From assembly GCA_019912885.1 (NCBI GenBank), contig JAIOHV010000140.1, forward strand, positions 23,706-87,705: DNA of 64,000 bases. The letters run 5' to 3'. The translations under genes were made by a program, and so were the position numbers. This DNA comes from a bacterium (lineage in GTDB: Bacteria > Lernaellota > Lernaellaia > JACKCT01). Below the pieces are notes generated by a model. The model worked only from the letters and a program-made list of their open reading frames with translations, was not told where the DNA came from and did no database searches. Numbering within the stretch: position 1 is the first letter of the stretch; every line of letters starts with the position of its first letter. Of the stretch, positions 17,577-26,068 are shown in pieces.

Positions 17577-18160
17577 AGTTCGTCCGGGAATGCCCGGCGG
17601 AATGCGCGCGGGCGTGTGTTGACTGCTTGCTGCAGTTCCGCAACGCTTTCTACCACCGCTATTTGAATCGCCAACTCGCGGTCGAGCGGCTGTCTGATTG
17701 GGGCGCAAGCCTTGCTTATTCTCATGATCTGCCGCCGCGTCTGCCTGATGAACCATCGACGGAGATGCCCGTCAACCAGGCCGAAAAAGCGCTAAAGGCG
17801 ATGTTGGAACGCGCGGGTTTCCACGGCTTTAAGGCTCAACATCCCATCGATCTCGGACGACCGCTTGGGACGACGACGCCGGATTTCTTCATCGAAGATC
17901 CGACCGGGGCAAGAGAAGGCATCTGCATTTACCTCGACGGCATGAGCAAGCACATCCACGGTAATCCGAGGACCCTGAAAAAGGATCGGGAAATTCGAGA
18001 TGAACTGCGCGGTCGGGCCTATGAGGTGATCGAAATACCTTATGGGCATCTAACGGACCTAGAAGCGATGCGCCGTCACTTCTATCGTCTCGGAAGAATT
18101 CTCGCTGGCCGCGAGATGGCGGATAGAATCCGCGACAACGAAAATTGGTTCAAAACATGA
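17429..18160 (+). CDS. C-terminal continuation of the same helicase gene (rest of DUF1998 + Vsr/DUF559-like nuclease fold) in another frame
   Basis: EMEIGDLQLL..LLYDPMPGGSGLLEQM..CPAECARACVDCLL continues the DUF1998 domain, then TTPDFFIED...ICIYLDGMSKHIHG...DREIRDELRGRAYEVIEI. Only the part of ORF 17105..18160 after ~17423 makes sense. Confidence 0.7.
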   Translation: MEIGDLQLLAIGRPGDEKLDILLYDPMPGGSGLLEQMLGRWNEVIDAALKFVRECPAECARACVDCLLQFRNAFYHRYLNRQLAVERLSDWGASLAYSHDLPPRLPDEPSTEMPVNQAEKALKAMLERAGFHGFKAQHPIDLGRPLGTTTPDFFIEDPTGAREGICIYLDGMSKHIHGNPRTLKKDREIRDELRGRAYEVIEIPYGHLTDLEAMRRHFYRLGRILAGREMADRIRDNENWFKT

Positions 18161-18191
18161 AAATTTACCCGTGGGTACTGGAGGATTTCTG

Positions 18192-19598
18192 ATGGACACA
18201 GCAGAGCGGCTTTTCGATGGCCATATCCTGATCGGTGGTCGCGAGCTTCTTGATTTTACTGATTCCGAAATGACGGAAAATGATGATGCTAAGGACAAAG
18301 CGAAGTCGCGATTAACTGAGGTCATGAAGGAGATGCGAGTCAGATTTGGCACGCTCCTCAAAATGGACAATGTCTCCTTTCTTCTCGGAGCAGGAGCTTC
18401 AATTGATGCTGGAGGAATATCCCTTGCCACCATACCAATTCCGATAGAGAAGGCCATTGTAAAGGAAGCGCTTGAAAGCAACACCAGTTCGACAACTGTG
18501 CCTGCATGGGTAGAATGTTTCTATCAGACGGCATCGCTCCTATCAGGACGTACCATTCGCCTTGAAGATCGTAAAACGAAACTACTTGGCGACTCCGACC
18601 AACACCCTGAGCCAATACCATTTAATTTTGAAGAATATTTGGGTCGCCTTTACACGTGGCTTGCAGGGTTCGTGTCCGATGCTATTTCCTTGAAAATAAC
18701 CACACCATCTGACGTACCTATGGAAATGGGAGATCTCCGCACTCTCACTCGACACCTTACCCATAGCCTGACAGCCGTTTTGAATTTGCCACACAAAGGC
18801 AAAGAAGACTCGATTCGAACACATCGACGTTTTCTGAAAAAGCTGCTAACGCGGCCACTCAATCTTCGAAGGGTCAACTTATTTACACTCAATTACGACA
18901 CCATGCTGGAACAAGCCGCCGATGCTGAAGGGACTGTTCTGGTCGATGGTTTTATAGGATCACTAAGGCGAGTATTTCGACCGGAATCCTTCGATATTGA
19001 TTTCTACTTTCCTGCGCACACAACAGAAGGGCGGGTTCATAGGTTTGATAGAGCAATTCACCTTTATAAGCTGCATGGCTCTCTGACTTGGCATCGCTGC
19101 GACCAAAATTGGGAGAATCCATTCGGGCTTTACGCCACTTACCACGACCAGGACGCCTCTTCTTCCGACGATGTTGTCATCTTTCCTTCCCCGCTAAAAT
19201 ACGGACAAACGTTGGCCATGCCCTATTCCGAGCTTTTTAGGCGGTTCGGCAATGCCATTGCCCAACCCCAGTCAGCCCTTTTTGTCATAGGCTATGGCTT
19301 CGGCGATGACCACGTAAACGCTCTAATAAGGCAGGCGCTCGCAATTCCCAGTTTTACCCTCGTCGTCGTCGATCCAAACCCAACAAGCGGATTTGTGAGG
19401 GACCTTCAAAACCTCCGAGACGAGCGAGTGTGGATGCTAACAGGAATGGACATCGGAACGTTTGCGAAATTTGTCGAGAATCTTTTACCTGACCTTCGTG
19501 AAGAAGAGATTAGCCGAAGGGTCATGCGTACCTTCCAAGCGCTGTCAACGAAAAGCAATACGTCAATCGACTCCGGAGAAGACGAAAATGATCAGTGA
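18192..19598 (+). CDS. SIR2-family (SIR2_2-like) NADase-type defence protein
   Basis: VSFLLGAGASIDAGG, LFTLNYDTMLEQA, LYKLHGSLTW, FVIGYGFGDDHV. GGAGGA 8 nt upstream of ATG 18192. Paired with the HerA-like ATPase. Confidence 0.8.
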   Translation: MDTAERLFDGHILIGGRELLDFTDSEMTENDDAKDKAKSRLTEVMKEMRVRFGTLLKMDNVSFLLGAGASIDAGGISLATIPIPIEKAIVKEALESNTSSTTVPAWVECFYQTASLLSGRTIRLEDRKTKLLGDSDQHPEPIPFNFEEYLGRLYTWLAGFVSDAISLKITTPSDVPMEMGDLRTLTRHLTHSLTAVLNLPHKGKEDSIRTHRRFLKKLLTRPLNLRRVNLFTLNYDTMLEQAADAEGTVLVDGFIGSLRRVFRPESFDIDFYFPAHTTEGRVHRFDRAIHLYKLHGSLTWHRCDQNWENPFGLYATYHDQDASSSDDVVIFPSPLKYGQTLAMPYSELFRRFGNAIAQPQSALFVIGYGFGDDHVNALIRQALAIPSFTLVVVDPNPTSGFVRDLQNLRDERVWMLTGMDIGTFAKFVENLLPDLREEEISRRVMRTFQALSTKSNTSIDSGEDENDQ

Positions 19599-21801
19599 CC
19601 ACGAGATTGGGCGACTCGTTGCAGTAGACACCGCCCAGGTTACTATTGAATTGAGCAGGGATCTCAAAGCGCTCACACGGTCAACATTTGAGGGTGCCCT
19701 GGAGGTGGGCAGAATCAATTCTTATATTGTTATTCCGGTCGGCGCACAACGGATCGTAGCGATGATTACTAGAGTGGTTTTAACCGAAGAAAGCGAACTG
19801 AAGGCCGAAAAAACAATGGTTACCCTTCCTTCGGCTAGGCGTTTAATGAAAGCTACGATGATTGGCACTATCGATGAAGGCCGGTTTCGCCAAGGTATCA
19901 GCTTGTTTCCTGTACTTGATACACCAGTATTGATGACAACTCGGCAGGATCTCGATGCCATTTTTGGTAACGAACCAGGGCTAGAACAGTTTTCTCCAGA
20001 AAGGCCTGGGTATTGCATTAACATAGGCCGGTCGGTGGTATTTCCAGACTATAATATACGGATTGATCCAGACGCGTTCTTTGGTAAGCACGCGGCGATT
20101 ATTGGGAGCACCGGCTCTGGCAAATCTTGTACAATAGCAACGATTATTCAATCTGTTCTCTGTAATCCTGCTGTAAAGCACACGCGTTTCGTTATCATTG
20201 ACACTAACGGAGAATATAGAGCGGCCTTTCAAAAGGAAAATAGCGACCATGAATGGGTCGAGGCCGATGTACGCTTCCAGCCACTTTATATACCGACGGA
20301 CACAAAAGAACCCCGAAGGCTTGCAATTCCTTACTGGTTTATGGACGCCGATGATTTTGTACGGTTGTTCCGTGCTTCACCTGGTGTACAACGTCCTGTC
20401 TTAATGAATGCACTTTCGACGGCAAGGAACACGGAGAGTGGTGAGGAGACATGGTTACAAATCAGAGAAAATATTATTAAAGAATGCAATCGTATTCTCG
20501 GATTAAGTTCAGGCTCCGATAAAAACGACGCCAAATCGATCCGTCAGTTGTGTGACGGCTTTGTTGCCTATATCAGTGATATCTCTGTTTCGAAGCAACT
20601 AAAAATGTTGTCGGATAATTATCCAGAAGTGACAGGCACGAATTTAAAAGTAGGGTTTGAAGAAATGCGCGAGATTGTGCGTGAAGGAATAAAGAGCGAA
20701 GGTGAAAAGTTCGAGTCCTATGCGACTATTGACATCAATAAACGTAGACGCATTGAGGAAAAGGTAAAACCAATATTGAGCGCTTTAACACGACTTCCTA
20801 AAAACAGTTCTGAACTGAACTTGTCATCTGCGGATTGCCCACGACATTTCAGCAAATCAGAGTTTAGATATCGTTATTTAGAAAACGCGATGACCAGAGA
20901 CGAAGCAAATTCAACCAGGGCACGTGATAACTGTTCAACTATGTTGATGCGTATTTATCGCTTGCTTGAGGACTCACGATTTGAATTTATTTTTGGCCCA
21001 ACATGCGCGGAGTGGCCATCGGTAAAGCATTCCTTGGCAACCTTTTTACGTCATATTCTCGGTAGCGAAAGTTCGCCACCGTCCATACTGAGCAATGTCG
21101 ATGAGTGTTGTGAGGGTCAACTGCCATATTACGATCAACAAAGGGAGGGAATGTCACGGTCGAACGTCGTCGTCATTGATTTAAGTTTAATGGCATCTGA
21201 AGTTCTCGAAAACGTGACTGCGCTAATTGGTAGATTAATACTTGAGTTTTTGCAACGACTTAGCGATCCATTAAGCGGAATTGGTCGGGGTGAATATCCA
21301 GTGGTCCTTGTTCTTGAAGAAGCGCAAAACTATATCCATGAGGCCAGGAAGTCGGAGGAGGAGTCGATTTCTAAAATAACATTTGAACGTATTGCACGCG
21401 AAGGGAGAAAATATGGATTAGGACTCGTTGTCGCTTCGCAACGTCCAAGTGAGCTATCAAAAACAGTATTATCACAGTGCAACAGTTTTATTGTCCATCG
21501 GCTGCAAAATCCGGAAGACTTAAGATATTTTCGAGAGATTGTACCCGGAATTTACGGTCAGCTTCTTGACCAACTTCCGGCGCTGGCAGCGCGAAGTGCT
21601 TTGGTGCTGGGAGAGTGTGTTCAAGCCCCAGCATTGGTCGAGATGCGAGAAGTCAACCCAGCACCCAAGAGCAAAAATCCAAAGTTTTACAAGAGTTGGA
21701 CGCTTGAGGAAAAGGAGCCGGATTTTGAAGCAGTGTGTTCCAAATGGGAGGGTGCAAACATTGAAAGCGCCCAGAAGGAATCTGACAAGAAAAGGGTTTA
21801 G
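19588..21801 (+). CDS. HerA/FtsK-like (DUF87) ATPase, partner of SIR2
   Basis: Walker A AIIGSTGSGKSCT, Walker B VVLVLEEAQNYI, ASQRPSELSKTVLSQCNSFIVHRL. ATG 19588 overlaps the SIR2 stop by 11 nt. Confidence 0.8.
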   Translation: MISDHEIGRLVAVDTAQVTIELSRDLKALTRSTFEGALEVGRINSYIVIPVGAQRIVAMITRVVLTEESELKAEKTMVTLPSARRLMKATMIGTIDEGRFRQGISLFPVLDTPVLMTTRQDLDAIFGNEPGLEQFSPERPGYCINIGRSVVFPDYNIRIDPDAFFGKHAAIIGSTGSGKSCTIATIIQSVLCNPAVKHTRFVIIDTNGEYRAAFQKENSDHEWVEADVRFQPLYIPTDTKEPRRLAIPYWFMDADDFVRLFRASPGVQRPVLMNALSTARNTESGEETWLQIRENIIKECNRILGLSSGSDKNDAKSIRQLCDGFVAYISDISVSKQLKMLSDNYPEVTGTNLKVGFEEMREIVREGIKSEGEKFESYATIDINKRRRIEEKVKPILSALTRLPKNSSELNLSSADCPRHFSKSEFRYRYLENAMTRDEANSTRARDNCSTMLMRIYRLLEDSRFEFIFGPTCAEWPSVKHSLATFLRHILGSESSPPSILSNVDECCEGQLPYYDQQREGMSRSNVVVIDLSLMASEVLENVTALIGRLILEFLQRLSDPLSGIGRGEYPVVLVLEEAQNYIHEARKSEEESISKITFERIAREGRKYGLGLVVASQRPSELSKTVLSQCNSFIVHRLQNPEDLRYFREIVPGIYGQLLDQLPALAARSALVLGECVQAPALVEMREVNPAPKSKNPKFYKSWTLEEKEPDFEAVCSKWEGANIESAQKESDKKRV

Positions 21802-21984
21802 GGAAAATCACGCCAACCAGAAGTGCTGAGAAATCGTCACGCGCAATTGCTACACAGAGTGACGGATCAGTTTCGTAAAAAGAGTTTTCTTCCAGAAACG
21901 AAATCGATTGGTTCCGCCTTTTTCGACCGTCAAGAATCGGGCTACATCATTTTCTCTCTTCTATCCGTTTGTCTTTGTCCATTG

Positions 21985-22479
21985 CTCGGATGCCCCTGCG
22001 GCTATTACGGAGACTCGATGCACGAGTGCCGCTGCGCGCCGGGCGCCGTCGCACGCTACATCCAGCGTATTTCGGGGCCGCTGCTCGATCGCATCGATCT
22101 GCACGTCGAGGTTCCGTCCGTGCGTTACAAGGAGATCGCCAACCCCGCCGCGGCGGAATCTTCGGAGGCGATTCGCGCGCGCGTGGTCGCGGCGCGCAAT
22201 ATCCAGATTGAACGATTCGCCGGCACGCGGGCGCGCTGCAACGCGGCGATGAGCGTCACGCAGATCCGCCGCTACTGCCGCATCGACGCGGACGGTCACC
22301 GCATCATGGAGGCGGTGATGGAGCGCCTCGGACTGTCGGCCCGCGCGCACGACCGTATCCTCAAGGTCTCGCGCACGATCGCCGACCTCGACGGCGTGCC
22401 GGACATCCGCGCAACGCACATCGCCGAGGCCGTCCAATACCGCGGCCTCGACCGAACATTCACCAACGCGGCCGCGTAA
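21985..22479 (+). pseudogene. comM: 3' remnant of comM/yifB (Mg-chelatase-like AAA+ competence protein), N-terminal two-thirds missing
   Basis: CPCGYYGD..C.C, YIQRISGPLLDRIDLHVEV, ARAHDRILKVSRTIADLDG, HIAEAVQYR are the conserved C-terminal ComM/YifB blocks. The first ~54 codons of ORF 21823..22479 are unrelated AT-rich sequence. Confidence 0.8.
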
Positions 22480-22491
22480 GCGTCGCGGACT

Positions 22492-22511
22492 CGGGGCGCA
22501 TCGGCGCCCCG
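22492..22511 (+). terminator. GC hairpin just after the comM remnant (possible terminator, no T-tract)
   Basis: cggggcgc-atcg-gcgccccg, a perfect 8-bp stem. Confidence 0.3.
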
Positions 22512-22567
22512 GGAAGGAGCGCGAAAGACAAGGCGCCAACAGCGGCGCGACCGGTCCGCGCGGCGCG

Positions 22568-22795
22568 CCAAACAGAGCCGCGACCGCGAGGGAGCGGTCG
22601 CCCGGTTCGCGCGACGAGCCGCCATCGCAAGAGGCACGAGCGCGGCGTGACAAACAGAGCCGCGAGCGTGAGCGAGCGGGTTATTACGCCCTTGCGATAA
22701 CGCCGTCGCGCGGCAGACGAAGCGCCGTCGCGCGGACGAAACGGATCGCGCGGCGACAAACAGAGCCGCGAGCGTGAGCGAGCGGGTTATTACGC
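22568..22795. repeat. Three copies of a short extragenic repeat (aaacagagccgcgagcgtgagcgagcgggttattacgcc type)
   Basis: Identical 42-mers at 22648-22689 and 22754-22795 with similar flanks. Degenerate copy at 22568-22602. Related word at 50594-50629. Confidence 0.75.
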
Positions 22796-23489
22796 CTTGG
22801 CGACAACGCCGTCCCTCGGCGGGAGCGGTCGCGCGTGAAGGCGTTGTGTCGCCGCCGCAAACGGTCGCGTCCCTTTGCGGCGTGGCAATGCCGCCTGCAA
22901 ACGGCGGCGCTTCGGCATGGACGCGGCCGGCAGGTTCGCTACCGGCGGGATGTGCAGTCGCGCTTACGCGTGAACCTCGCCGCCCCGGAATTCGGTTCGG
23001 GGCAGGCGGGATGTCGTGCGAGCGCGGTGGCGAAAGCGCGCGGAACGCCCACATAGCGCGCCGCGGTCTTCTTTCTCATTCGAATGCCTTCCGGCAAAGC
23101 AACGGGCGCGCGTTGCCGGGAGGAGGACCAAGAAAAATATCTTTCGGAGAAACCATCCCATGCTGCCGGGCACGGTGGACTCCAAGAAAACAACAGGCCG
23201 GGGCGGTGGCCGCAAACCGCCGCCCTGGTCGAATTCGAAATGGTGTGTTTGAAATTCCGAATAGCAATATTACGTAATATACGAAAAATCTAATGTCATG
23301 TCAACGGAATTTTTCGGTTTTTTTTCAGGCACCACCGGCGGTCGTTGCGGTGCGCGGAGTTTCGTGGGACGCCGCTCGTTCCGAGAACGAGGCGGAATAC
23401 GGCGGCGGCGCGCCGGGACCGGAAACGACAGGAAATCGGCGTGATCCGCGAATGGACCGTCGTGCGCGTGGTACAATGGTTTCGAACTT

Positions 23490-24068
23490 ATGGTCGCTTG
23501 TTTGCCCGAAATCGTCCTCCAATTTTCCTCCGATCTCGACGCTCCCCCGGCCGACGTGTGGGCGCACGCCGGCACGATGGAAGGCGTCAATTTCGAGCTT
23601 GGGCCGTGGGTGCGCATGACGCATCCGCCGGGAACGTTCGAGGAGATCATCCGCGCAAAGGCCGACGAGGTGCTGCGCGCAGGTCGCCAGGCGCCTCTCG
23701 CGGCAGATACCGTGCCCGGTGCGAACATCGCCGCGGACCGCGTCAACGCTCTTGTCCGCGGGCGCGTGCTGTTCAAAAGCGTCCTTCTCGCGTTCGGGTT
23801 TTTGCCGTTCGACGTTCATTCGCTCGCGCTTGAGCGCGTCGATCCGGGACACGGCTTCGTCGAGGAATCGACGTCATGGCTTGGGCGGCGATGGCACCAC
23901 GAACGCTCGTTCGAGCCACTTGGCGAAAACGGCTGCCGCGTCACCGACCGGCTGACGGTCGCGCCGCGCGCTGCTTTCGCCGCGCCGATCACGCGCGCGG
24001 TCGTGCGTTTTCTGTTTATCCGGCGGCATCGGCGATTGCGCTCGCGTTTCGGTGGACGGCCCTCATAA
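23490..24068 (+). CDS. SRPBCC/START-like family protein (tentative)
   Basis: 192-aa ORF. The N-terminal pattern F-x-S-x-LDAPPADVWAHAGTMEGVNFELGPWVRM resembles SRPBCC ligand-binding proteins. Function not supported further. Confidence 0.5.
   Translation: MVACLPEIVLQFSSDLDAPPADVWAHAGTMEGVNFELGPWVRMTHPPGTFEEIIRAKADEVLRAGRQAPLAADTVPGANIAADRVNALVRGRVLFKSVLLAFGFLPFDVHSLALERVDPGHGFVEESTSWLGRRWHHERSFEPLGENGCRVTDRLTVAPRAAFAAPITRAVVRFLFIRRHRRLRSRFGGRPS
23716..23849 (+). repeat. 134-nt direct repeat, copy 1 (internal to the SRPBCC-like gene)
   Basis: Matches 25729-25862 with 6 mismatches by manual alignment. Confidence 0.9.
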
Positions 24069-24173
24069 AACGGTACCTTGCCGTCGCCCCGGTTGTTGCG
24101 AAAATTTGCCGGAGTATCGAGGAAAAAAACACACGAGCGTCGTTGATTTTGCCCTTGTGTGCTGGCACGATGA

Positions 24174-25721
24174 ATGCGTTGCCACGTTGAAAATTCGTCA
24201 TTCCGACGCCGCGGGATAAGCCCCATCAGCACGAAACGCAAAACGACGGAAATTGCATTTCCGCTTAGCCGCGCCGGCGCGCGCCATCCGCGCGTCACGA
24301 GGTTATTGTTCGCGTTCTTCGCGGCGCTCGCCATGCTTACGCCCATCGAATCGTCGATTCGCGGCTCGGGGGCGACGCTGATTTTCAAGGACTATGTGGC
24401 TCAGGCGATTGCCGATGCCATCTTTCTTTTTGGTTTTCGTGCCTACAAAATCGCGCGGAAGCTTTCGGAAGCGGTTCGGATCGTCATGGTCCAGGATATC
24501 GAGGAATTTTTCGTCATCGACATGATCATCATCGCGATCGTCGCCGGCACCGTTATTTACGTCGCGCGATTACTGATCGGCCAGCGTTTTTTTCCCACGC
24601 TGCTCGTTGTGTTCACCGGCGCCGGCGAGCTTGTGACCATGGCGATTCTCATCATGATCTGGTCCGTCACCTGCTCATGGCAACCGCTCATGGGGATTGT
24701 CATCGCCGGCGCGTTTGCGGTCGCCTTTTATCGATTGCGAAATCGTGAGCCATGGCATGGGCGCGTTCTCGTCGCGATGCTCGTGACCGGCGCGTTCGGA
24801 TTCGCGGCCGCAAACGCCTGGCAAGCCATCGCGGCGGATACACCGCCGAGCGTCAACATCTATCCCCACCCCGCTTACGACGCCGAGACAAATCCGAATG
24901 GACAGACGGTGGTGCTTTCGCGCCACGAGGACGCGATCTTTTTCGATCAAGGTCGGCAGCTCCCGGTCCCGGGAAGCGAACGCCCTCAGCGCCTGGCTTG
25001 GAATAACGACGAGCGAGCCTTTTTCATCGCGAATTACCTCACGAACGAGATCGGCGCGATTTCGATGATGCGCGAAGGCGGCGAAAGCGGCACCTTCGAC
25101 ATCCCGCGTTGCAACCGCCCCATCGACATCACGGTCTTCTACCAGATCCCTCGCCTGATCCTCGCATGCGAAAGAAGCAATATCCTGTTAATCCGCAATT
25201 ACGCGCGGCCCGGCGCGCCCGATGTTTTTATTGAACTCGACGGTTTGATCTACCATGTCGACGTGGACGAGCGACGGTATTTCGCGTACGTCACCGCGCA
25301 AATGGGACAGGTTTACCGCATCAATCTGCACCGAAATCATCCATCGATCGGCAAGGAGCGCTGGCTCGGCCCGACCATCGTTTGGGGTGTCGCCGTCTGG
25401 TCCGAGGACGGGAGCGTCTGGGTGACGCGTCCCGCGCCTGGCGAGGTGATGATCCTGGACCAGGATCTTAACACGTTGGGCCGGGTCACGGTCGGTTTCG
25501 GTGCGCGCGACATCGAGATCGATCAAGAATTGGATGTCGCTTACGTCGCCAATTACATTACCGGAACGGTCGACGTCATCGATCTGAAAACACGGAAGCG
25601 AACGCGGTCCGTCTGGGTGGGCGACCGCTCGCTCGTTCAGCAGGTGCGCGGCGTCAGCGTGACCCCCGATCACTCGATCTTGATATCGAAAAGCAGCGGC
25701 GTCTGGTCGGTATCTCCGTAA
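24174..25721 (+). CDS. Polytopic membrane protein with C-terminal YVTN/YncE-like beta-propeller region (start uncertain)
   Basis: Several hydrophobic helices in the first ~230 aa. The C-terminal part has motifs such as DVAYVANYITGTVDVIDLKTRK. Confidence 0.6.
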   Translation: MRCHVENSSFRRRGISPISTKRKTTEIAFPLSRAGARHPRVTRLLFAFFAALAMLTPIESSIRGSGATLIFKDYVAQAIADAIFLFGFRAYKIARKLSEAVRIVMVQDIEEFFVIDMIIIAIVAGTVIYVARLLIGQRFFPTLLVVFTGAGELVTMAILIMIWSVTCSWQPLMGIVIAGAFAVAFYRLRNREPWHGRVLVAMLVTGAFGFAAANAWQAIAADTPPSVNIYPHPAYDAETNPNGQTVVLSRHEDAIFFDQGRQLPVPGSERPQRLAWNNDERAFFIANYLTNEIGAISMMREGGESGTFDIPRCNRPIDITVFYQIPRLILACERSNILLIRNYARPGAPDVFIELDGLIYHVDVDERRYFAYVTAQMGQVYRINLHRNHPSIGKERWLGPTIVWGVAVWSEDGSVWVTRPAPGEVMILDQDLNTLGRVTVGFGARDIEIDQELDVAYVANYITGTVDVIDLKTRKRTRSVWVGDRSLVQQVRGVSVTPDHSILISKSSGVWSVSP

Positions 25722-25728
25722 AAGCCGG

Positions 25729-25862
25729 CCGGTGCGAACATCGCCGCGGACCGCATCAACGATCTTGTCCGCGGGCGCGTGCTGTTCAAAAGCGTCCTTC
25801 TCGCGTATGGATTTTTGCCTTTCGACGTTCATTCGCTCGCGCTTGAGCGCGTCGATCCGGGA
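25729..25862 (+). repeat. 134-nt direct repeat, copy 2 (orphan fragment of an SRPBCC-like gene)
   Basis: See 23716-23849. Begins 8 nt after the stop of the 24174..25721 gene. Confidence 0.9.
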
Positions 25863-25865
25863 ACG

Positions 25866-25984
25866 GCGCCCGCGCCCGGGTCGAACGGCGCGGTCTCCTC
25901 GCCTTCGCATGAACACGCGGGCCCGCCGAACGCCAGTATGGCGATCGCGCCAACGATGCACCAACCGCGCCGCGTTCGTCGCAT
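25866..25984 (-). pseudogene. 5' fragment (signal peptide + first ~40 codons) of a paralog of the 26069..27115 lipoprotein gene
   Basis: The minus strand from ATG 25984 reads MRRTRRGWCIVGAIAILAFGGPACSCEGEETAPF... versus MRGRLRAFFVSIAVAAMAIGAPSCSCEGEETAPF... in the intact gene. It runs into the antisense of repeat copy 2 and stops at 25829-25831. Confidence 0.6.
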
Positions 25985-26068
25985 GACGATTCCCTCCCTC
26001 ATCGTTCAAACCATGAAAACGATGTGCCGGCCAAACCCGGTCACACGATGGCCTCGCCGGTCCCGATT

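Noticed and set aside
21823-21984. Treating ORF 21823..22479 as an intact 218-aa gene
   Set aside because: The first ~54 codons are AT-rich and unrelated to ComM/YifB. Only the C-terminal blocks of a ~500-aa family are present, so it is called a remnant.
1-22000. tRNA gene, integrase or att repeat marking the island boundary
   Set aside because: I could not recognise a tRNA-like cloverleaf or an integrase/recombinase ORF anywhere in the window. The left boundary of the island lies outside the window, so att sites cannot be defined here.
22296-23054. 252-aa minus-strand ORF (and several 60-170-aa ORFs) in the 22.5-23.5 kb region
   Set aside because: These ORFs are read through the tandem extragenic repeats (the repeated VITRSLTLAALF is just the repeat translated). 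The composition is non-protein-like and there is no start context. Treated as non-coding.
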